Shown here: positions 11,962-23,563 of the stretch, piece after piece
How the letters are laid out: the number at the start of each line of letters is the position of its first letter
How positions within the stretch are numbered: the stretch's first letter is position 1
From: Gekko japonicus
Taxonomy: Eukaryota
NCBI RefSeq assembly: GCF_001447785.1
Contig: NW_015164214.1
Span: 449,596 to 513,595, forward strand
DNA: 64,000 nucleotides
Reading direction: 5' to 3'
Position numbers and translations under genes: made by a program
The notes under the pieces: generated by a model
Told to the model about the DNA's origin: nothing
Seen by the model: only the letters and a program-made list of their open reading frames with translations
Databases searched by the model: none

Positions 11962-12845
11962 GCCTAGGGCATTTGTTCTCGCAACATTCCTCCAAGGTAG
12001 GTTAGTCTGAAAGAAAGTGACTGGCTCAAGGTCACCCAGAAAGCTTCCATGACATCAGACTTGTGTCTCCTGGATTCTTGTCCAGTACTTTAACTACTTA
12101 CACCATGCTGAAATCAACTCTGAGGATATACCTTTCCCCTAAACTTCCAGTCTTTAATACTTCTTGAATGGCAGCCTTGAGCTCTTGAATCTAAACGGCT
12201 ACATGGCTTTTCAAAGGGAGAACAATCCTATGGTCCCAGCCAAAATACAAGACCACAGAAAGCAACATCTGACAGGGCTATCACAACACGGTTCCTTCAG
12301 CACCCCAACACCCAGGGTACCCGTTTCCAGAAATGTTTAATTGGTAAATTGTCATCTGGAAACTCATTTTAATTTAGTGCTCTGGTTCATACTCCTGATT
12401 GTGTCCTTCTCTGCTTGCTAATTCTTAAAACCATTAGCTCTACAAATACCCATTATTATTTGCACAGTCAAATATAACTTTGCTTTGTTCTTATTATGAG
12501 GTAAGTGATTCTCTTCTAGACTCTATTAACCGTTCAGATTCACATGAGTTTGTTTACATAGATCTGTGACATGCTGATCTCTCCTGAGAGTCGATTTCAT
12601 GTGCAAACAATGCTAGTTACTGACACAGATTATAGTATTCTTTACCAATTAATATACTGGCCTTCTAGTTTGTGTCTGATTTTGCTGCCAACATGGTCTT
12701 TCTGTTAGACTGACGAGAGTGAAGCTGATGTTCAGGGAATAGCATGAGATTTGGAGCCAAAAATTGGCCAGTTCTTCTTCTTGAGGACTTCTGTGTTCTC
12801 CAGAGAACAATTGGGAGGGGGTGAAGTATCTCCTGGGACTACAAC

Positions 12846-13054
12846 TAATGTTCCCTCTAAGCTGTGGAGTCTTGTGAGCAGAAATTCTACTTTGTGAGCG
12901 ACTGGCATGGAAGTTGTGAGCAAGCGATTTGGCCACTGCATAAATTTAGTTTGCTCTGAAGCCCCCTCCTCCCTGAGCTAAGACAAAAATGTGTGAGCCA
13001 GAGGCTAAAGAACTGCGAGCTAGCTCACGCTAACTCAGCTTAGAGGGAACACTG
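12846..13054. mobile_element. hAT MITE family A, inserted in a family C MITE (~12820-13228)
   Basis: TIR TAATGTTCCCTCTAAGCTG...CAGCTTAGAGGGAACACTG; TSD ACTACAAC/TCTACAAC. Confidence 0.85.
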
Positions 13055-13275
13055 TCTACAACTGATCTCCAGGTGACAGAGATCAGTTCACCTGGAGAAA
13101 ATCGCCGCTTTGAAAGAGGGACTCTATGGCATTCATACCACACCGAAGTCCCTCCCCAAACCCTACTCTCCACAGGCTCTGTCCCCCAAATATCCAGGTA
13201 TTTCTCAACCTGTAGCTGGCAACCCTAGCTTTTACACTGAATAGAAATGTGTACACTTATATATTGCATCCACAG

Positions 13276-13478
13276 TAGGGTTGCCAGCCTCCAGGTTGTA
13301 GCTGGAGATCTCCTGCTATGACAGCTAATCTCCAGGCAACAGAGATCAGTTTCCCTGGATAAAATGGCCGCTTTGGAAGGTTATATTATAACCCATTGAA
13401 GTCCCTCCCCAAATCCACCCATCTCAGGCTCCACCCCCAAAATCTACAGGTATTTCCCAACCTGGAGTTGGCAACGCA
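13276..13478. mobile_element. hAT MITE family C
   Basis: Starts TAGGGTTGCCAGCC and ends GAGTTGGCAAC. Further copies or fragments at ~10655-11090, 17556-17662, 25278-25490, 27945-29214, 35269-35492 and ~62480-62590. Confidence 0.75.
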
Positions 13479-13713
13479 AAGAGTGATGTAAACTTAAAAT
13501 GTGGAATTGTCTGTTTCCTATGTCTTAAAATATTTCATCATATAATCAAACTTCTTTCCTTACAATTAAAACTGTTGGCAGGGTTTTTTTACCAGACTTT
13601 GATTAAAAGTTGGTAGAGCCACCAAGAGCCAGATACAATTGTTTGAGAGGTCAGCTTCAGCCCAAAAAGTGCCAGGTTAGCCATTCCTGTTCTAGGAATC
13701 TATAGGATATGAT

Positions 13714-14129
13714 CAGTGGTCATTTCGTAGAAAAAGAGGTGCATGAGCTCATTAGCATAACTCATTTGCATAACTCATTTGCATAGGCCACACCCCCTGA
13801 CATCACCGGAAGTGTGTCAGAAGGCAACACCCACCGCTCAGGCTCCACTGGACTGTTTTGGATTCCTAGCTATTGGGGGGGGGACGACATGCAGATCTGC
13901 CCTCGCAGAGGAGGGAGAGCTTGTACCTGAATAAAACTTGGTCTTAAAGGTGCCACTGGACTGTTTTGGGCCAGGGGGCCGGGGGGGGCTCTGCAGCTTA
14001 CTTGGCTGCTTCTTGCTCTGAGTGAGGGCTGCTGGGAGCAGGGGGTGGGGTTTGTTGCATGTGCCCGCCCCCTGGGCTCTTTACTGCCGGAGCTCTGCTC
14101 CTGTGTGCTCCTACAGGAAATAACCCCGG
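13714..14129 (+). mobile_element. hAT MITE family B with captured Penelope-like end
   Basis: TIR CAGTGGTCATTTC...GAAATAACCCCGG; TSD GATATGAT/GGTATGAT; collinear with 34867-35264. Confidence 0.85.
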
Positions 14130-14430
14130 GGTATGATTCCATTTTGTTGGCCCCAATCAGCCATTGCAGAAGAACAGCATTGCACAAAAACTGGGATGTG
14201 ACACATAAAGAAATGGAAGTAAGCTATAGTGGTGATACATACATATCCCCTACAAAGCTACCAAAATTAAATTTCATTCATCCCCAATTTAAGGCCAATT
14301 TTCACTAAATGATCAATCCAAATCTGTGCAGTATTAATACAGAATGCAGGCTAGGACTCGCATGAGTGAAAATTCTTCCATATAAATAATTCCATCCACA
14401 TAGATAACTAGATGTCAGAGTGAAGGGTTA

Positions 14431-15067
14431 ACATAAGAACATAAGAGATGCCAATGTTGGATCAGGCCAAAGGCCCATCCAGTCCAACACTCTGTATCAC
14501 ACAGTGGCCAGAAATACCAGTGCCATCAGGAGGTCCACCAGTGGGGCCAGGACATTAGAAGCCATCCCACTGTTGACCCCCCCCCAAGCACCAAGATGAC
14601 ACAGCATCACTTGCCCCAGAGTCCCTATCTATACCTTGTGGCTAATAGCCACTGATGGACCTCTGCTCCATATGCTTATCTAATTCCCTTTTGAAGCCGT
14701 CCATGCTTGTAGCCGCCACCACTTCCTGTGGCAGTGAATTCCAAGTGTTAATCACTCTTTGGGTGAAGAAGTACTTCCTTTTATCCATTCTAACCCGACC
14801 GCTCAGCAATTTCATGGAGTGCCCACGAGTTCTTGTATTGTGAGAAAGGGAGAAAAGTACCTCTTTCTCTACCTGCTCTTTCCCATGCATAATCTTATAA
14901 ACCTCGATCATGTCACCCCTCAGTCGTCGTTTCTCCAAGCTAAAGAGCCCTAAGCGCCTTAACCTTTCCTCATAGGGAAAGTGTTCCAACCCTTTTATCA
15001 TTCGAGTTGCCCTTTTCTGCACTTTTTCCAAAGCTATAATATCCTTTTTAAGGTGTGGTGACCAGAA
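14431..15067 (-). mobile_element. CR1 LINE, 5'-truncated, young
   Basis: ORF 14642-15031 is the CR1 ORF2 C-terminus; nearly identical to 9954-10575. Confidence 0.95.
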
Positions 15068-15665
15068 TTTGGGTTTCTCCCTGACCTGACCTGCTAGATT
15101 TCTAGGTGAAGAGAATGCAACTGTTGCTGGATTGTATCACTTCAAATTGCAGGGGAGAGCCAAAGGTTTGGATGTTCCTCTGGATGTTCCTCTGAATTAA
15201 AACAACCACAAAAATACCTTCAACATATCAATCTGGTTTAACAGTAAGAATGTTTTGACCAAGACATTTTGCTGATACACTAGATTTGAATGTATTCGAA
15301 GGGCTGGGGTTTTTTTTACACAAGCAAGCAATCAAACAATGTTCATCCCCCACCAGCAGTCTAAAGCGTAAAAGTCTCAGCAACATATGTATAATGGGAA
15401 CTTTCTGTATCTGGACTGGAGATTGACATAAATAATCATGCGTGTGATGTCGGCAGGTAGAACAGATAAGCAGATAGGATTCTTTAGTGACATATGAAGC
15501 TGCATTATACCAAATGACTCCATTGGCCCATGTAGCTCAGTATTGTGTATGAGTATGCAAAAGGCAGTGGTTTTCTGGCAGAGAAAGTCCTTTCCCAGTA
15601 TTTTCTATGCTTTGACAGGGCCAGAATCTGGAACTTCTGTGTGTGTTCTGCCAATGAGCTACAAC

Positions 15666-15871
15666 CAGTGTTCCCTCTAAGCTGCGTTAGTGTGAGCTAG
15701 CTCACAGTTTTTTAGCCTCCGGCTCACACATTTTTGTCATAGCTCAGGAAGTATGGCTCCACTGCAAACTAATTTATGCAGCAGCCAAATCGCTCCCTCA
15801 CAGCTTTAATGCCAGTAGCTCACAAAGGAGAATTGTTGCTCACAAGACTCCACAGCTTAGAGGGAGCATTG
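15666..15871. mobile_element. hAT MITE family A
   Basis: TIR CAGTGTTCCCTCTAAGCTG...CAGCTTAGAGGGAGCATTG; perfect 8-bp TSD GCTACAAC. Confidence 0.9.
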
Positions 15872-15985
15872 GCTACAACCTCTCCACCAATGACAGGATG
15901 CCATTGGACCTCCTGTTAGGCAAATCAGGTGTGTTGCACAACAGCATCTCCTACCCTAACACAAGTCCCCAGGGCAATAAGGGGG

Positions 15986-17055
15986 AAAACATCTACGTCT
16001 GCTTCATTGACTATGCTAAAGCCTTTGACTGTGTGGATCACAACAAACTATGGCAGGTCCTTAAAGAGATGGGAGTACCAGACCACCTCACATGTCTCTT
16101 GAGAAACCTGTATAAGGGTCAAGAAGCAACAGTTAGAACTGGATATGGAACAACTGATTGGTTTCGCATAGGAAAAGGAGTACGACAAGGATGTATATTG
16201 TCACCTTGCTTATTTAATATATATGCAGAGTACATCATGCGAAATGCTAGCCTGGATGAATCACAAGTGGGAATTAAGATTGCTGGGGAAAGATCAACAA
16301 CCTCAGATATGCAGACGATACCACTCTAATGGCAGAAAGTGAAGAGGACCTAAAGAGCCTCTTGCTCAGAGTAAAAGAGGAGAACGCAAAAGTGGGCTTG
16401 AAGCTCAACATCAAAAAAACTAAGATGATGGCATCCGGCCCCATCACTCCTTGGCAAATAGAAGGGGAAGTCGTGGAAGTAGTGACAGACTTCACGTTCC
16501 TGGGATCCCAGATCACTGCAGACTGTGACTGCAGCCATGAAATTAAAAGACGCCTGCTCCTTGGGAGGAAAGTGATGGCGAACCTAAACAGCATGATAAA
16601 AAGTAAAGACATCACCCTGCCAACAAAAGTCCGCATGGTCAAAGCAATGGTATTCCCAGTAGTCATGTATGGCTGCGAGAGTTGGACTATAAGGCCGAGC
16701 GCCGAAGAATAGATTCTTTTGAACTATGGACTGCAAGAAGATCAAATCAGTCAATCCTAAATGAAATCAACCCTGACTGTTCCCTGGAAGGCCAGATAAT
16801 GAAACTGAAGCTCAAATACTTTGGCCACCAAATGAGAAGGGAGCACTCACTGGAGAAGACCCTGATGCTGGGAAAGATTGAAGGTCAAAGAAGACGGGGA
16901 CGGCGAAGGATGAGATGGTTAGACAGTGTCATAGATGCAACGAACATGAAATTGAGCCAACTACAGAGGATGGCGGAAAACAGGAGGGCCTGGCGAGATC
17001 TTGTCCATGGGGTCGCGAAGATTCGGACTCGACTGTGTGACTGAACAACAACAAA
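15986..17055 (+). mobile_element. BovB (RTE) LINE, 5'-truncated and frameshifted
   Basis: RT motifs CFIDYAKAFDCVDH, GVRQGCILSPCLFN, YGCESWT and KLKYFGH...LEKTLMLGKIEG spread over three frames; (CAA)n tail. Confidence 0.95.
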
Positions 17056-17662
17056 CTTTATTGCCCTATTCAAGATACATTAAATAAAGTGGAGAATTCA
17101 AGATAAAAGTACAAGACAGAGATCAATTGCAATAAAACCATGGCAATTTGTATATGCATATAAACCAGTTCTAAAGTGTAATTGCATTACTTTTTAGGTA
17201 GCTGAAAGCCCAGTTCTAAGTTATTCCAAACTGTGTTCCTCCCACTTGGCTAGTCCAGAGCAAAACCAACCCAGAGGAAGGAGATAGGTGACACAAGATT
17301 GCAGTGGGATAAATGAAGAGGGAGCTTTGGGTAGAAAGGAAGGAATTCCTGGCCAAGGTACAGTGAGGAAGGCCAGCTGGCAGTAGGGCAGACTGGTCCT
17401 GAAGAAGAGATTGAGAAGTTAATGAACAATTCATGATTAAAATGGCATGAGAGGATTAAGACTGAAATGGAAATCAAAACAGGAAATAAATGTTACTATG
17501 CCTATCCTGATTTTGTGCTAATGGTGGGAAAGGGGTCTGGAAGGGAACCAGCTACTAGGGTTGCCAGATCTGGGCTGGGAAATACCTGGAGATTTTGGGG
17601 GTGGAGTATGGGCAGGGCAGAGTTTAGGGAGGGAAGGGGCCTCAGCAGGGCACAAAGCCATA

Positions 17663-18236
17663 TGTGATAGACTGCACTTTTAAAAACTTAGAAGTGTTGT
17701 GAAAACAGATATAGGACTGTGAAGGGTTAATTCTTCACAGAGTCAGGAGCCTTGAGTGACAGGCTGTTCCAAGAGATCTGATTGGTTAGCATCAGTTGAG
17801 CAGAGAGAGGCTTCACAGATGGATGCTGAGGAGGATTCAGTCTGATTTCAGCCCTAGCTGAGAGAGTCGAGTACTGACAGTTTCGGAATTCAGCCCTGAC
17901 TAAGAGCAGTTTAACACAGACAGGAGAATTGGGGGGAAGTTGGCAAGGAAGTTTGGGAAATAGGTGAAGACTCCCACTCAGGCCAAAGAAAGGGGATAGA
18001 TCTTCTAGTGAGAGGGCTGAAGTCAGAAGTCAGAAATGTCAACCCTTTATTTCAGCTGACCTTTCCCCTCTATGTTAAATAAAATGTTTTGTTATGTAAA
18101 TTTCAAAGTGCCTCAAGTGCCATTTAAGTTGTTTAAGTTAAAGCGGGCTCCTCAGGTTCCTGGGCTACGCAAACAGCTAAAATATTGTACTATGACAGGG
18201 TGGGACAACCAGAGCTCTTCAGCAAAGAAGATAACA
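17663..18236 (+). mobile_element. Probable solo LTR (Gypsy-like) inserted in a family C MITE
   Basis: TGTGAT...ATAACA termini, CATA/CATT flanks, internal ATTGG and AATAAA (~18078). Confidence 0.45.
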
Positions 18237-18598
18237 CATTACTAAGGCAGCTCAGTCCAAAACAGCCCCCCCCCCTGAGCCCCAGACATCCCTGGTTCAA
18301 TTTCCATTATAGCCTATGAGGCCCATTGACCATAAGCTGCCTTAAATTACAGGGAAAAGTGGGATATAAATATCTGAATAAATTAGTTCGGGCAGGTTGA
18401 TAACATTTAAGCAACTTCCTGTTTGTTCGGTTAGTCAGAGTTCTAACAATGATTGTTTCACCTCTGTTATATTTGACCTGTAATGCTGTTTGACATATTT
18501 CACTAAAAAACCCAAAGTAGACTACAAGAGATTTTTCTCCCCTAAGTACTCGTATGTTTTCTAAGGGTCAGTGCAAGGCGATGGTCCAAGGCCATGTC

Positions 18599-18815
18599 CA
18601 CCAATATAGTGGACTGGAGCAGGTAGACCTGTTCTCTGGAGGACAGGTTACCAATATAGTAGACTGGGGCAGGTAGACCTGTTCTCTGTAGGCCAGAGAA
18701 ACCAATATAGTGGAAAGGGGTCGGTAGACCTGTTCTTCAGAGGCCAGGTCTACCCATATAGTGGACTCAGGAGGGTAGACCTGTTCTCCCAAGGCCTGGT
18801 CTACCCCTGTAGAGG
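18599..18815. repeat. ~51-bp tandem repeat, about 4 copies
   Basis: Unit CCAATATAGTGGACTGGRGCAGGTAGACCTGTTCTCTG...CAGGTCTA, starting at ~18601, 18651, 18702 and 18754. Confidence 0.85.
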
Positions 18816-19048
18816 ACAACATTTTGTGTAATAAAATTTGACTTGATTCTGTTTTCTCTTATAATGCTTAAATTATTCTTAAAATGTAGTTTATATACAG
18901 TTTAAAAGAATTCTGAGATTTTTACAAAATTATGGAAATAATCCAAAAACTAATTTATGCAATTGTCAAATATAGACTTACAACTTTAACGCTACTCGCT
19001 TTTTTCGCTCATAAGGTAGAATTTTTGTGGAGCTTAGAGGGAACATTG

Positions 19049-19775
19049 CAAGGTCATCTTCTGAGGCCCTGCTTTGGGTGCCCCAAACTACTGAGGTCAG
19101 CTGGTTGACAACCGGGAAAAAAAAAAAAGCCTTCTCAGTCATGGTCCCAAAACTGTGGAACTCTCTTCCCTCTTCTGATGCCATCTTCTTCCAGTGGGTG
19201 AAGACTTTATTGTTTTGATTGGTGTTCCCTCCGTGATCCCTCCTCCTTGCTTAGTTTTTAAATTGATGCTTTTATGCTTCTGTATATATCGGAGCTGCGG
19301 TGGCTCAAGTGGTTAAGATGCTGAACTGCAGGCTGTGGAAGGTCAGTAGTTCAGCAGTTCGAGACCCGAGTTGCCGCATGACGGAGTGAGCTCCCGTCTC
19401 TAGTTCCAGCTCCTGCCAACCTAGCAGTTCGAAAGCAAGAAATTGCAAGTAGATAAATAGGGACCACTTCGGTGGGAAGGTAACAGCGTTCCGTGCACCT
19501 TGGTGTTTAGTCATGCCGGCCACATGACCACGGAAACGTCTTCGGACAGCGCTGGCTCTTCGGCTTTGAAACGGAGATGAGCACCGCAACCCTAGAGTCG
19601 GATTCGACTGGCTTTCGAGCAAGGGAAACATTTACCTATGTATATTTTAGCTTGAGTTTTAGCTGAGCTTAATGGTTTTTCAGATGCAATTTTATTGTGT
19701 ATGTTTTTGTTAGCCATATTGGTGGCTTTTATGGGGCAGAAAGGCGGGTTATAAATTTTGTAGAATAAAGATAAA
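19049..19775 (+). mobile_element. L2-like LINE 3' end remnant split by a Sauria SINE
   Basis: AFSVMVPKLWNSLP...F.QWVKTLLF C-terminal motif and a GAAAGGCGGGTTATAAAT 3' end. Confidence 0.55.
19291..19637 (+). mobile_element. Sauria SINE (Squam1)
   Basis: GGAGCTGCGGTGGCTCAAGTGGTTAAG head; CTCCTGCCAACCTAGCAGTTCGAAAGCA and GCCGGCCACATGACC body blocks; TTTACCT tail. Confidence 0.9.
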
Positions 19776-20772
19776 TAACACAGACAATAGTTGCACTATA
19801 GCAGTAATTCACCACTGAACATTCCTGTGTAGGCAAGCCAAATCGGTTCCAAATAACTACTATAGTGTAGCAATCGCAGGATATCCAATGATATGTGGAT
19901 GCAGCCCATTCAGAATCTTCGGTCGAGTTCAACTATGAGTCTTTTCCAACTAGAGCTTGCTGACTGTACTGTCTCTACACTCCCTTCGCTCTCCTCGTGG
20001 GTCTTCATCTTGAGAATCCATAATTGATCCCATAATTTGCATTTGTCAGCCACCCACGAGTGCCGACCTGACGCTGTGTTCATGTAACTATGTTAACCGC
20101 AGTGATTAATAAATAACATTTTTAAAGTCAATATTATTCACCCGAAATGTTCACAGTGACACAGTCATTGTTTTAGTGTGAGCCATTTGTCTTTTTACAT
20201 TTTCAAACAAAAAAGATATATAATGTTTGTAATATTGATTACCCTTCCTCCTGTGAACGGCATAAAACATGTGAATATGCTAGCAAAATTAAAATTTTAT
20301 TGAAACAAGGTTTATATTTCTTTTAAATTAACCATTACTCTAATGTTAATTAAATGTTTTGAATTATTACTTTGGCCACATAACAACCTGATTTTATTAG
20401 GATGCTGCTTCAGTTATTGACCTAGATAATGAGGCAGCTTGAAGAAATGCTTCTTGGAATATTTCGTACAGCAACAGGAAAGGCTTTGCTCGAGGTCAAA
20501 TTGTGGAACCCCATAGTGTCGTAGCTACACGAAAGCTCTTCTTTTTAGAGAGTAAATGTGTACTGTGCTTCTCTGACTAGGTCAAAACCTCACACAAAAG
20601 GTAGAATTATGGTTCCAGACGGAGTTTGAACTTGAGGTTTTCCAATTAAGGTCACCAACTTCAAAGCAGGGCCTGGAGTTCTCCTAGTTTTACAATTTAT
20701 CTAGAGATCACAGAGATGACAGACAAACTGCCTTAAACTGATTCATACTCTTGGTCCATCAAAGTCAATATT

Positions 20773-21283
20773 GGCCTGGGTCACACGGGCAGGAAAATGC
20801 GGGGGGGGGGGGGAAGCATGGCTGTTTGCCCTGGGGCAAAATAACGCACGGTTGCGCCAGCAGACGTACCGTGGAGGTCCCGTGGAGGTCCCATGGTAGG
20901 GGGAGGTGCCGAGCACACCACAATCCTGCGACGCGGCAAAGAAGCGGCAAGGCGTGGCAAACGGGTGGGTTTTTTCAGACACCAAAGTGTGCGCATGCCC
21001 CGTTGGGTGTTTGTGCGCATCCCATGGACAGTTGAAAAAAACACCTTTATACGAGGGGGCATGGGTGGGCGCCGGAACTACCACCGGACGCCCGCCCTTG
21101 CCCCGCAGTTACCGTAAACTAGTACCTCTGAGGTACTAGTTTTTAACTGCGCATCTTCGGCGGGAAGCCTCGGGTTCGCCACGGGAGCTCTACGCTTCCC
21201 AGATGTGGTGGTGAGATCGTGCCCGGAAAATCCGCCTATCTTCCGTCCCTCTAGCGTGGCTAATGCTCCGTGTGACCGGGGCC
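20773..21283. mobile_element. CpG-rich non-autonomous PIF/Harbinger-like element inserted in a Squam2-like SINE
   Basis: TIR GGCCTGGGTCACACGG / CCGTGTGACCGGGGCC; 3-bp duplication ATT of the host sequence GTCAATATTGTCTAC. Confidence 0.75.
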
Positions 21284-22705
21284 ATTGTCTACCTAGACTG
21301 GCAGCAGCTCTCCAGGGTCTCAGGCAGAGGTCTTTCACATCACCTACTGCCAGATCTTTTTAACTGGAGATACCAGGGACTGAACCTGGGACCTTCTGTA
21401 TGCCAAGCAGTTGTTCTACCACTGAACCACAGCCCCCCATCAGTTCCTCTTGTAGGAAATGGTAGCTTCACTCGCAAGACAGGACATATCCCTGCTGAGC
21501 TCCCTCCCTTCTCCAAATTCCACCTCCCCCAACCTCCAGGAATTTCCCAAACCAGAGATAGCAACCCTGTCTCCATCCCAGACACTGAGAAAACTCATGT
21601 ACATTTAAGTCTTGCACAGGACAGTAAATTCTAACAAGTAAGGCTTCTGTCTGTACTCCTGTTGACAAATTACAGTGAGTGCACATGCAACCAGTGCACA
21701 GTACACACTTGATTTTTCTTTATGCATTGAGTAATTGTCATGTTAGCAACCCATGTCCAACTGAACATGTGATTGAAAAACCACATGTATTCAGCTACCG
21801 GTTCCCAGTTTCATTTGTAAAATAAATGCTCACTGTCTCTTTCTTACAAACAAATGCAAGCATGTACACGTAGGATGTACATGTGCTCACTGTACCATGT
21901 GAATGAGGTTACTGCATAACTGTGATGGGAAGAGCTGGTGAAATTGTCCTCTGTGCGCAACTCTTAAATGTATAGATGCCTTTTCAGAGCTAGTAATGCA
22001 TACATCAATGAGATATTTGGTTTTTAATTATCAGCAGTGCCATCCTAAGCAGAGTTGTCTCCTTTTAAACCCATTTAAGCCCATAAACTTCTTGACTTTG
22101 TTGCAGATTCTTTGTACAAACTTTTATGTGTGTGTGTGATTGGAGCCTTTTTTTATTAAGTTGCTTACTTTACAGTCTAACTTTCTTGCTAGGACTGGAG
22201 GCGAATTACACAATTAGAACAACCAATGCAATAAAACAGTAAAAAACATACAACGAACAATGCAAAACAAATGAACAAACCAAACAACCCATCTGGATTA
22301 CAGAATTACAGAATGCTCTAGAAAAGTGTGTAACACACAAAATAAAGTAGGATGACAAAAGTGGACAACAGAAGAACAAAAATATATGCAGTGAACTATA
22401 CGCACATTATTTTGGCCACCAGTGTGCTTTTGATCTGAATGGTTTCTCTACCATGTTCCTGAAGAAGAAACTTGTGCTTCCAACTTATTAGGAACTTCTA
22501 TTGTGGGCTTGGACCATATTTTAAAAGGTGCTTTTTCCCCGTTCTCTCTTTTTGATAGCTGAACAAAGGCCCTTTTATGGTTAGCTTCTCACCACAATGT
22601 TTTCCATAGCTATGAGTCAGAGCTACAGAGAAATACAGGGCTTAATTCGATGTTTAAAATTTTGTATGATAGAGCACACACTGAAATTCAAAGATACCTC
22701 AGAAG

Positions 22706-22914
22706 CAGGGGTCATTTGTGGGGGGACGCGGGGGGACGCCATCCCCCCGGGTGAGGTGCGGGAGGGCAGGGCTTGGAGCTCCCTGCTGGTGCCCGCTGGA
22801 GGTCGCCGCCGGCTGTGGGGAGGACACACTTCCGGTGATGTCAGGGGGTGTGGCATATGTTAATGAGTTATGCTAATGAGTCCCCCTCGCTCTTTTTCTA
22901 CGAAATGACCCCTG
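22706..22914 (-). mobile_element. hAT MITE family B (short)
   Basis: Perfect TIR CAGGGGTCATTT...AAATGACCCCTG and perfect 8-bp TSD CTCAGAAG. Confidence 0.92.
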
Positions 22915-23283
22915 CTCAGAAGTATGGATGAGTTTCTCAATGCCTCAGACTACATGAAGGACAGTAAAGTTATAATCCCAAATACCCTTTTTAATATTTT
23001 TATCTCCATTTTTTCCCCTTAGAATGCTGATTGTAAATTACTTTGGGTTTCTACTTGACTTCAATACAAGAATTGGCCAAGTCCGCTGTCTTGGATTCAG
23101 CATAACCATTCATTGAAGCAAACTTATCAATGTATTAAGGACAAATGCATTGTTAATAAACATTAAGTTCCATGCATGTTAGTCTCTGCTGCTGATGACC
23201 CTGTTTCCTCTGGCTTTAGCTCTTCCACCTGCACAAGATCAAATGATTTTCAAAAAGCCTTGTGCAAACAGAAGTCCTAGTGC

Positions 23284-23563
23284 GAGAGAATGTTTGGTGT
23301 AGTGGTTAAGTGTGTGGACTCTGATCTGGGAGAACCAGGTTTGATTCCCCACTCCTCCACCTGCAGCTGCTGGATGTCCTAGGGTAAGCCATAGTTCTCT
23401 CAGAGCTGTTCTCTCAAGGGCAGTTCTCTCAGCCCCACCTACCTCACAGGGTGTCTGTTGTGGGGAGGGGAAAGGAAAGGAGATTGTAAACCACTCTGAG
23501 ACTCCAAGTGAAGGGTGGGATATAAATCCAGTCTCCTCCTCCTCCTCCTTGTCTTTTTCTTCT
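23284..23563 (+). mobile_element. Squam3-like SINE
   Basis: Family match. Confidence 0.85.

Noticed and set aside
18599-18815. CRISPR-like repeat-spacer array
   Set aside because: Eukaryotic DNA; the units are degenerate tandem copies without unique spacers; no cas genes.
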